64,000 nucleotides of DNA from Sphaerodactylus townsendi (taxonomy: Eukaryota). Shown here one piece after another: positions 14,544-25,173 of the stretch. Under the pieces are notes generated by a model that saw only the letters and a program-made list of their open reading frames with translations, searched no databases and was not told where the DNA came from. Positions within the stretch are counted from its first letter, which is position 1; each line of letters opens with the position of its first letter. The position numbers and the translations under genes are program-made. The stretch is from positions 81,530,001 through 81,594,000 of the forward strand of contig NC_059427.1 in the NCBI RefSeq assembly GCF_021028975.2. Direction: 5' to 3'.

Positions 14544-15747
14544 GTAGGTAACACAATTCTGCCCAAGTTAAAATTGACTTACTGCTTTTTGGTTTGTTGG
14601 ATACTAATCTTATGTAGAATGATGTTGGACACTGAGAGAGAACTGTACTTTTCAGCTCTAAATGGAAACATTTGCAAGACAAGAATGACCATAGGACCTT
14701 GCACGTTTCTTGCAATATATGTACACATTTATAAAAGCTAGAAGAAATTCATTCTAAAATAAATTTAATTTTATCCCATACAGGCTTTGCATCTGCATTT
14801 CAGATCCAGGAAATGCAAAATGCAACTTTAGTATTGTTCATGAGTATTTCCTTAAACTGCCCTCCTGCCCCATGTTCATAGAATTGGAAGGGGCTAAACA
14901 GGCCATTATCCAATCCCATTCTCAATGCAGGATGAGCCTAAAGCATCCCAATTGCATCCTTTGCTACCAACAGTCACAGTCCCCTACTCTCATTATTATA
15001 AATATCTACCGTACATAAACACAGCTGTTGCTTTTTACCAGATACTGAGTAGTTAAAAGTATAGTGGCCACTGAATCATATGAGGGTGATATACAATGAG
15101 ATGAATACCCAGCATTCTTGGCTGTATATTTACTGAAGATCAGGATGTTTTATGGAAGAGTTCAATAACATTAGTTAGAAAGTTCCCTCCTAAAGAATAA
15201 GAAGTCTGGCTTTTCTGGCATACATTGGATTTTTATATTTGATCTTCACTGTAAATCTTTCAGTAGTGAAACTAGAGGCAGGCCACTGCCAAAAAAATAG
15301 AATTGACAAGCTGATGACCTACAAGGACTTGAAGGGGGCATTTTCCTCTTTCCCACTATTTCTTCTTTCCCCTTCCTCTCCCATTTCCCTGCTTCCATGT
15401 CTCCTTTCCACACAATAGCCAACCAACCTTTATCTGTCCCCCACCATCTTCAGCTTTCCCTCATACTCTCTCCTGATAACCTTTCCCTTGAAAAAGCCTG
15501 GCCCATTTGTTCAGTGCCAACTGTCAGGCTCAGCTGAGTTGCATAGTTCTGGCTGGACTGAGCCAAATTGCACACAGGAACACATGTGAGAACTTGTGTA
15601 GAGCAGCTTACCTTCCCCCATAACCCCTTTCCCACACTGTATCTGTTTCCCTGACAGCTCTCATATCCTCAACTTTCCCAGTTTTCTTCACTTCATCATA
15701 TCCACCAATCAGCCTATCTTTTATATTCCCTACATCTTCAACTATAA

Positions 15748-15890
15748 TTATTCTTTATTTATTCCTTTTATACCACATATAAACATGGTTTGGGTGAGAG
15801 TATGTGACTGGCCCAAGGTCACCCAATAAACCTCTACAGCAGATGGGGATACAAACCTGGGTCTCTGAACCCCTACACCACATTGGCTTT
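15748..15890 (-). mobile_element. Partial tRNA-derived SINE
   Basis: Contains the tgtgactggcccaaggtcaccca core shared with the other SINE copies. Confidence 0.55.
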
Positions 15891-18089
15891 CATGGCTAAT
15901 GTTGAACAGTAGCAAGCAGCCAGTCCTGGGTGAATCATGCAAGCTGCCTGGAGTTGCTGGGACCAGTGATTCCTCCTGCAACGATAGGATTGCTAGGCTC
16001 CCGCCAGGAGCTAGGAATCCCCTATTTTGGGGGCTCTACACCATCTAGCTGGCCAGCAGTAATCTTACTAGACTTAAAATGAGGCCGAGGTTCGACTCTG
16101 TTAGTGATGTTGTCATGTCAGCAACATCACGGGAGACATTTTGGTATTTGGGCAAAATTCTACAGTAAAAACAGCCTCTATTATAGAGTTTTTGCTCAAA
16201 TATCAGAACATTGCCTTTTACATTGCCACTTCTGGAAGTGATATAGTCACATAAACACTGGCCTCCCCCTGTAGATGACAAGTTCCCCCTACCCCTGCTG
16301 GTTGCCAGGGGTGACCTGTCAGCCCTACTCAAAGGTCAAAGCAGGTCTGGGAAAAGGCACTGCCCCTTCCCCCTTCTTTTTACTGAAATAAAAATGGCTT
16401 GGCAATACGTCACTGAGGGCATTCATTTCTTAAATCTGCTTATATCATGTATTGGGATAACTTCACAGTGTAATATTACTGCAGTGTTATATATTTCAGA
16501 TTTTTCTGCAAAAAAGGAAGTTGTGTAGGAAGATCTGACTTGTGTGTCCATGACCCTAATCTTTGGATTTCAATATCCATAGATAGGATCATGTCAAGAA
16601 TTAGCTGTATTGATTACGATATATAGCTGTGTTCTAGTTTTCAGTCTACTACTCAATTTATCCTGATTCGACACAATACCAAAAATATAAAACACATCGT
16701 AGTAACACATTATCTCAAATAGGGCTCAGGTTATTTAATATGTGAACAATTGTCAAATGCAGCACAATAGATGCATTGCAGGCATGTTAAGGTTTTTCCT
16801 CATTCATGCTAAATTATTTGATTACAATTTTTTTATATTAAATAATCTTCTCAACTTTTCACCAACCAAACCCTGTACATGTTAATGGATTCCATACATG
16901 AACCATTCAAATGACCAGCTGTCTACTTCCAAATTTGGACTTCAGTCCTGTCGTCCATTATGCATACTATAGTGCCATTTACTTAAAGCTATACAACTAA
17001 GCCAGATGCAATGTTGGTGCCAAAATTATAAAGCAATTTAGTTCTATATTATTTTAAAAATGGTAATATATAAAAACTCTAAAACAAGCCCCATTCATTT
17101 ATGTGGGATTCAGGTCAGTTTCACCCAATTATTGTTTCCACATAATTGATCTCAGTTTCACTGGGTATTTTAGACTAGCAATGTGTAGGTCAATACATGG
17201 TAGATGATAAACATGGGAAGGAGGATGTGGCCATTTCATGTTACATTATCAATCCCTGAATTCTGACTTAAATGTATAGTGGCCAGACAGAGATAGCATA
17301 TAATTTATTTCCAAGATTTCATGTGGATGGTATAGAAGGAATGCTACAAGTAGTAGGCATTCCTTGTGAGTCATACATTCTCTAGTTCTGGGAAGAGTGA
17401 CTAAGGAATGTTTGCTTCTGAAATAGAAAGATACGTAATTTAAAAAAAAGATACTATTAAAATGTTTCTCAGAACCTCACACTCTGGGGTTTAGTTTTTG
17501 TCAGACAATACCCAACAAGCTTTCCTGCAAGCCTGTTCAGTCTCCTTCCTAGTTGCATATAATGGGTGACAGGGTGCTGCCTGCCCCTGTGTATTATATG
17601 TGTTTCAGTGTAAATAAAACAATATGTTAGATGCTTAGACAACGAGGCTGTGTTGTTTGGTAACCATGGTGGATGTATGCTAGAAGGCTGCTAGGAAGTT
17701 TTTGTTTTTAAAGAGAGTTAAGACAATTAATTGGCCTACTATTCTTAGTGTGGCAAGGGCTTGCTACTACCAGCAACAGCAAGGAAATTTAAATTGTCAT
17801 CCTTAATTGGTGTTCTGTTCTCTACCTCCTGAGAAGTTTGGAGGCTTTTCCTGACTAGAGAATTGATTGTTACAGATAATTGGATTAGCTGGTTCTGCCT
17901 AGAAGCTGTACTTGGGCCATGTGTGCTTGTGCCACCTGCCTTTACTTGTTCAAAATCTATTTGAAGGCAGTAGTACGAAGAGAGAGGGAGTATGAGAGGG
18001 TTGCAATCCCAGGAAACTAGGCTAGGTCTGGGATAGTGATAGTGGAGGCATAGAGATGGGATGTCTGCTTTTCATCATTGTCAAAATGT

Positions 18090-18160
18090 GGGCTGCAGCT
18101 GTCAGGATGTCATAATTGTAGCACATGACTCCTGCCAACAGGGGGTCTAAAATTAGCGAG
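18090..18160 (+). promoter_or_regulatory. Candidate muscle promoter/enhancer module for alphaKAP: E-box gCAGCTGtc (18096-18101) and MEF2 site CTAAAATTAG (18147-18156)
   Basis: Exact matches to the myogenic E-box and to YTA(A/T)4TAR, about 50 bp apart and ~0.5 kb upstream of the alphaKAP ATG. A further CACCTG lies at 17933-17938. Confidence 0.5.
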
Positions 18161-18617
18161 AGAGGCTGAGTGTGCAGAAGGCAGACAGGCAATTGCACGC
18201 CGCTCTTGCCTACAGTCAGACCCTTAGCATTTATACCACAGGCCACAAAGCAGGATAGGCAAAGGGGGACCATAGGGCAGAACCAGCAATGTAGCTGAAA
18301 CATTCTGGAATTTTATCAGCAAGAATATACATTGTCAGAGAATGCTTCTTCAGCTTCCTTCTCTTTCCATTGCCGGACATTACTTTGGATTTTTCAAAGA
18401 CTTGGGTGTACAAGAGTATAAGTGGCTGTGGCTTTTCTTATCCATGTTGGAAGATCCAAGTAAGAAAACTCCAATTTTTGAGCTTCAGAGGCCTTTGAGA
18501 GAGACTTCACACAGACCACTGGATTGTAAAGTGAATTCACGGCCTATAGAGGAGGGAGCAGTGTTGAATCTCTGATCATCAATTCCTGTCTTCTGCTTCT
18601 CTTGACCAATTTCCCTC

Positions 18618-18731
18618 ATGTTGCTGGTTCTTACCTTACTGACTCTGGTACCTTGCTTGGTCATCTTGACATGGTACTTTGTCTCCACAGGAGGGAAAAG
18701 TGGCGGCAACAAGAAGAATGATGGTGTGAAG
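18618..18731 (+). CDS. CAMK2A: alpha-KAP alternative first coding exon (MLLVLTLLTLVPCLVILTWYFVST-GGKSGGNKKNDGVK)
   Basis: ATG at 18618 with an in-frame upstream TGA at 18603-18605, reading in frame into the linker exon. The hydrophobic 24-aa leader resembles the mammalian alphaKAP N-terminus (MLL..L..LVPCLV.LT.YF.ST, from recall). Confidence 0.88.
18691..18731 (+). CDS. CAMK2A: CaMKII alpha linker exon (GGKSGGNKKNDGVK)
   Basis: ccacag| acceptor and AAG|gtaagt donor, 41 nt, phase 1/0. Confidence 0.96.
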
Positions 18732-19432
18732 GTAAGTCCCCCTCACTCCTGGCTACTAGATTGCCTGCCTTCAGGGTGGCAGGTTTGGCTTGATAGAGGG
18801 TCCCAGCGTGGCCCCGAGCCTTTTATTAAAGCCACATTATTAATGTTACATTGGTGGATCAACTGCTTTCCGTCTTAAGAAGCACTTCCCTACTGTCTGC
18901 ACTTTCTGCAAGTCAGCAGAAGCGCAAATATAAGCATTACTTTTATCTAGGTACAAACTACTGTGTTAAAAGGAAGTAATGGATATGCTGGTTTGTGAAT
19001 GATTTATTTGGTTTCTTCATATTGCAAAATGAAAAACAAAAAAAAGTAAAAAGGACAGTTCTGGAGAACTTAACCAGGGTTTGATATGTACTTTGTGAAT
19101 CATGGGTATATTGTAAGAATCCTCCCAACAACTCCATCCTACCGATTGTTCAGTACGAAGAAGAAATGAGAATTCTGTTTGGCCTATTTGTAGGCCAAAG
19201 TGCTACAGCTCTCCTGTGTGACTGTAAACCACAGTACTCTTGTGGTGTGATTTCACTGTCCTCCATTAGGAGTGCCTTACTTTAAAATCCAAGGAGACTA
19301 TCTTCTGATGGATTCTCTTCCTATTTGGGGTCATAGTCAAGCAGATATCCCTTCCATATGCATTCTGAGGTGGTATAGTCTTGCGAAAGAATTGTACCAC
19401 ATGCCCCTCTGATAATTTTAATAGACTTAAGG

Positions 19433-19564
19433 CAGTGTATCCACCTCTGACCCTCCAGATGTTTATGGACTATGGCTCCCATCAGCCTCTGCCAGCATGC
19501 TGGCAGGGACTGAAGGGAATTGCAGTTCCATAAACATCAGGAGGGCCAGAGTTGGACACCTCTG
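19433..19564. mobile_element. hAT (Charlie-like) palindromic MITE, 132 bp
   Basis: CAG...CTG termini with near-perfect fold-back around gccagcatgctggc, and an imperfect 8-bp TSD acttaagg/atctaagg. Confidence 0.75.
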
Positions 19565-20949
19565 ATCTAAGGCATTTCTAATCCAGCGCAAGGGGCTGTG
19601 AGAGGTAAGATAAACTGAAAGACACTTCATCTGGAAGAGAGGAAGATGGGATGGGGAGTGAGGACAAGGATGTATCTTGGCTAATTAGGATTCTGGCTTA
19701 GACTTTTTGGTCAGAGGTCAGCAAACAAACTCTCTTTTGCTGGTAGTTGTGATTTAACAGGAGTCCATGAGGCTGCCATGTTAGTATGGTAAATTAGCAT
19801 GGTAAACAATATTTGGAACCATGAAAAAAACTGAACAGGTGGGGAAATGAATGAAGTTCCAACTATGTATTTGTTGCTTGATTTATAAATTACATTTTCT
19901 GTAATCTGGTTCATTGGCTTTATTGAGCTGTGGAATAATGGATAAACAGTTTTTTCTCCTTCCAAATGTGTTACCCCTTCTAATAATCAAATATGAGATA
20001 TATGTAAAATTTGGACATGATACTGAATGATATTGTGTTGACATAACCACATTTTCCCCCCGGAAAGCCAAGTTGAAGCATCATGGAAGGGTGGCTGGCT
20101 GGCAACTCTTTCATTGTTGTGTCAAGTTATTATCCTTTGATGTCTGGGGTTATGGGGAATGAATTCTGCATAAATAATGATGTTTGTGACTTGAAGAATG
20201 TAGCGCCTGATAACAGGGCTTCCTTGCTGAAGACATACTTATACTTGCTTAACAGACTGTTTCCTACTGCCACTATCTCACTCCATGTGGTCTCAGAGAC
20301 ACCACAGAGAACAAAATTCCATCCCAGCACTCTCAAAGATTGAGTTGCCACCTGACATACCTGTGGATTCTTATTTTTGTTGGCTTGATGTTTCTCTTCC
20401 TTTAACTGGAGGATATGGTGCTGATTTAATTAAGTGGTGTCAAAGATTCTGGGCCTTGGTTCACAGCTGAATGGTTAGTATGACTTTATGAGAAAATTTG
20501 CTGATGTGACCATCTCATGGTAACAAGCAGACCCCAAAGAACCAATCTATGATTTTTGAGGTGTTGATCCATTTCTAAGCAATGGTTGCATTGTGGAAAG
20601 CAGGTTGTCCCACTTCTGGTGCTCCCTAATATAATAAAATAAATATCTCATATACTACTTCTGTAAAGTTGGAAACTTTTAATCTGGGGAAATGGGAGAC
20701 CTTCACTCACTCTAGGGTTTTGCATGGTATTCCCCCATGTCTTATGACAGAAGATGCCTTGCTACTCCTTCAACTGGTGGAGACACAATAACTTCACTGC
20801 CCTGTTTGGTGTTGCATCCTGTTACATTATAAATGAATGCAATCACTGCCCATGTCACATCCTGTTATGTCTTAAACTAATAAAGCCACTGCCCTGTGTT
20901 ACATCTTTTATTGTGTTTATGTTCCTACTTCAATGTTTTGTCATGTTGC

Positions 20950-22330
20950 GTCCAATTGCTTATATAAATGCTGTCCAGCAAGGTTTGGCAGACAATTTAT
21001 TCTTGCAACTTTCTAGGTCCTAAATCAATGCAGTTACCATATTATAAGCCTAGCGGACTCCATCATGTTCAGCATAAGTGCTGATGCTACTAATGGAGAC
21101 TGTTATCTGTCTTGTTGGCTTTAGAGAAAAAAGATCTAGGGAGGCTAGTGGAAGATATGCTGTAGCAAGCAAGATGCAGCAGAGAGGCAGGATTACCAAA
21201 TGGTAATCAACATTAAATTGTTTGTGCTGGTATAGTTCTAATTGTGACCTTTGAGCTTGCCAAGGATGTGCACATGTTTGAAACCTGTTAATCATCAGCA
21301 AGGAGAGGGGTTGAGAGAGAAGTATATTCGCGCCTTGTGTAGTGTGTGTATACTGAGCTTGTTATTTTGCGGGTGCATATCCAGATTTTGTTCTTGCTTC
21401 CTATAATGTCTTCCCAGCAGCAAAGAAGTTTGTAATTCCATAACATTATAGGAAGAATTGAAGGAAGAATATAGTATTGAGAGATCTAAACCATTGTAAA
21501 GAGGACAGAGGTAAAAGAGAGAGGAGACAGAATGGATTCGAGCCATCGAAAATAGGAAGCATCTGTAAGAGGTTAGCATTGTGTTGGGTGTATGTTAGGA
21601 AACTGACATAAGGAGTCTTTCTTGATGTATATTACATTGAGAAAAGTCCATTGTGAATAAAAGTCTTGAATATTTGATTTCCCAAGATTTCTACTGTATT
21701 ATAATCGGTACCACTCTGTCTCAGAACAGATTCTTAGCTCATGTTCCCAGTGCAAATGAGCTTACTTCTACCTGTTATGGTCTTGATTTGTCACTTAGTA
21801 CAAATAATAATTCAGTACTCTGTTCCATAGAGCAGAAATTACAACAATGTACCTTTCGGCATTGGGGACTGCCCTTAGGAATGCCCAGCCATGATTTGTC
21901 TTCCTGTTGGGCACCCCCCCCCCTTTAATTCTCTTATGAGATGGGAAAAAAGTGTAATTCCTCTTGCTGTTCTGATTGCTGCTCATACAGATTATTGTTG
22001 AGCCAGCTGCAAAGTTCAAAAAGAGAGAATCTGTCATTGGCACAAGGCTTGATTTAGGTCTACCACTACATTTTTCTAATAAACCCTTGCAAACCACTCC
22101 TTTTGAAATAGTAATCGAGAGTATTGTCTCACCCATCAGATTTGAAACGCTGCCTAATCTATTTTTTCCCCCATGGTGGGATGTTTTTCCCCCAAGAAAA
22201 TTTATCCCTTTGAAGCATGGTGCAATGTACACCACTTTAACTGTAGGGCACATATAACTGCCATGTGGCTCCTGCAGGATAGAGTGGCAGGATATATATT
22301 ATTTTGAATGTTTAGGAATGAATAAATAAA
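20950..22330 (-). mobile_element. Possible highly decayed LINE relic (RTE-X-like)
   Basis: Fragmentary motifs on the reverse strand (FSMARI..S, LCP) resemble the C-terminal part of the element at 29660-31850. Confidence 0.3.
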
Positions 22331-22382
22331 CACATTGATTTCCTTTTGGTATCTGTTCACATGCCAATGTGAGCATATCATG

Positions 22383-22740
22383 GGTCGATTCCCCATGGTC
22401 AATTAATCGCATGATACTCACGCAAAATATCCAGGTTTCAGGAAGAACTCCCTTCTGCCTGATCGCTGAATACGGATTCATTCCAGTTCTGGCTCTCCCT
22501 CTCCCCCTAATCACGTGTTTTTTCAGAACCTGCATGTATGTGCACATTTTCAAGAAACACGCACCGAATCCAGATCGGTGGGGAAGATTGGGGTTTCAAT
22601 CTAGATTTAATCTTCCACCGTTGGCAGTGACGCTGAGTCTCCCAGCCAATCAGAGTGCACTGGATGTGCGCAATTTGTGCACAGTCCTTTTTTTGTTTCG
22701 CACCGGCAGAGGCTACGTAAAAATGTGGCTGCGTGGAACA
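22383..22740. mobile_element. Harbinger-like MITE relic
   Basis: Starts with GGTCGATTCCCCA, the reverse complement of the right terminus of the 41630-41872 element. CpG-enriched. The right end is decayed. Confidence 0.45.
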
Positions 22741-23934
22741 TGATTTCTGTGCCAACTGTTAACTAAAATTACACTTTTGTGCCCATGCATCTCTGTGGGT
22801 AACGAGTACCGAAGCCACACATAAACGTAGCTTAGTGCAAAAAACAGCTCCCATTTTAACTAATCTATAATGGACCTTAAGAGTGAATAGCTCATTGGGG
22901 TAAATGTTAAAAGTACTGATAGGAGTACCAGTATGTTTATCCCAGTAACTGATTTCCCATTCTCTGGGATGTTTTAGATTGGGTAAATTGTGTGTGTATT
23001 GGGGAGAAACAACCCTTTTGTATAATGCCTCCAATCCAAATCAAGCCCTGTGCAAGTGATTTAAAAATATGTGCTGGGAGTTCTACTCACAGATTCCCCA
23101 GTGTTATGTATATCTGAGAATTATACAGGTCAAGTTTCTATTGTCTCAATGGTCATGTACAGAACAGCGAGAAATATTATTGTCAAGAAGGATTTGGAAA
23201 GTATAGAATTTGATAGAAAGTTGCATTCAGATTTTGTTGTGTACAGAAGTGAAGTTAGCATGATTGTTAGAGCTGGGCACCAGTTAGATCCTTTGGAGGA
23301 TTTCTGCTGATGGAAGCAGGAGGCAATTTTTGCTGATTCACCCCTTGGCGATCTCTGATATCCCTCTCATGTCATTTCTACCTGTCCCCCAGATACAGAA
23401 TTTCAAGAGGCATTTTGGGCTGTGGTAGAAGGGGCCTGCAAGGAAGTTGCACTTTGCTGACTGAAATCCTTCCATGGAAATTTTCAACAGGATCTAATCA
23501 GATCTCAGAATGTAATTACCAATTGATGCATTTTAGAAATTTAGCTATATGGATGCTTGGCTGGAATTAGAAAATTACAGGATTATGAATGAATTGTAGC
23601 AGTTGCGCTCTGCACAGTGTCAAGATGTCGTGCTTCAGGAAGGCATCGTAAAATGCAGAGGTGAATGGGCTCAAAGTTAAATAGCGGAAAGTGTAGCAAA
23701 GGCAAGCCTGATGGAATTGTCAGTTGCGTGTGAAAGTTCGATCAGCACATTTTGCAGAGTGGTTGGTTTTCCTGAGCTCTAGACACAAAACTCTTATGTT
23801 AAGGATCAGATTGAGCCACAAACTCTTCATCTCTCTAGAAGGTATCAGGACCCACTACATCCCATGTTCTGCTCTCTTCCTTCTTTCTCACTCTGTGTCT
23901 CTTCTTGTCCTATCTCTTCTCCTTGTTTTTCCAG

Positions 23935-23967
23935 AAAAGAAAGTCCAGTTCCAGCGTTCAGTTAATG
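23935..23967 (+). CDS. CAMK2A: Alternatively spliced 33-nt alphaB cassette exon (KRKSSSSVQLM), completes the KKRK nuclear localisation signal
   Basis: Pyrimidine tract of more than 60 nt with ccag| acceptor and ATG|gtgag donor, phase 0/0. The peptide matches the known alphaB insert. Confidence 0.95.
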
Positions 23968-25048
23968 GTGAGTGTCCTTTGTCTTCCTCGATGCTGATAA
24001 TGTTGGGCCTCTCAACATGTTCCAGCCTTCCCTGTTTTTGGGAATTATTTTTTGAGTGATCGAAAGGGTTGAAGGCAACATATTTCTGAAGTGTCTCCCC
24101 TATAGATCCTGTGAACAGGAATGGCTGGTGCAGAAGACAGTTGAAGCCCAAAAGCACTGAGAACCTAATTCCAGTTTCTAGTGAAAGGTTCTCCATGGAA
24201 CTTCTCCTTTAGCAGGTCTGCAAGCTGCATCAACCCAAGGAACCATGAAAGAAAATGCCATCTTATATGGCTCTGCTGGAACTATGCAGTCACAGGGGAC
24301 CAAACAGCTGACGGCCTTGGTCAACCTGCCACTTGTGATTGTGGGTAACATGTAAATAACCTTCTGGTGGGATGAATATAGAACCATTAATCTTGTTCAG
24401 CTAGTAAGAATTTTCTTGATGAGAAACTTGGAGAATTAGTGGATCGCTTTCTCTGCATTAATTTGTGTGCCAGTCGGCTATTTATGGAAGGAGGTGTGTG
24501 TCAGCCTTTGGTGGTCCATGTGGGTCTTGGAAGCCCTCTTTGTTGTATTGTACATTTCTTTCTTTACTATGCAGTCAATGTAGTCTCCTTCACTCCTGCA
24601 CAACCCCCCTCACTCTCTCATCCTAGCTCCCTCTGTTAATTTGCACATTCCTCTCCTGATTGTACAGTCAATATGGTGTCTTTCACTCCTACACAGCCCT
24701 TCTTGCCCCTTTAATTATAATGGTAAGAGACTTCAAGCCCCAATCCTGCTGGATCTATTTTGTAGTAGACTAATGGAAGAAAGGTGAATCCATTTCTACA
24801 AGATTCTTGACAGTTAGATGTACTTCTTATTCATGATCTAAAAGTTGAGGCAAGTATTATAGGTACAAAATAAGAACTGTAATTACCGTTTAGTGTTACT
24901 GATTAGTGATTTTTTAATCTGATAATTACCTTGTTTTTGTCCCTTTGCAGTGTTTGATGCTGTTGGGGTGGAACTGGGTAACCGAATGGACTTTCTGAAA
25001 AAAGGGTGGGGTCTTATTTTGCTTCTCTCCTGTCCGTTCTTTGTTCAG

Positions 25049-25097
25049 GAATCGTCAGAGAGCACAAACACTACCATTGAAGATGAAGACACCAAAG
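25049..25097 (+). CDS. CAMK2A: CaMKII alpha linker exon (ESSESTNTTIEDEDTK)
   Basis: ttcag| acceptor and AAAG|gtatag donor, 49 nt, phase 0/1. Confidence 0.96.
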
Positions 25098-25105
25098 GTA
25101 TAGTA

Positions 25106-25110
<5 letters not shown>

Positions 25111-25170
<60 letters not shown>
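25111..25170 (+). repeat. (GT)30 microsatellite just downstream of an exon donor
   Basis: Perfect dinucleotide run. Confidence 0.98.
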
Positions 25171-25173
<3 letters not shown>

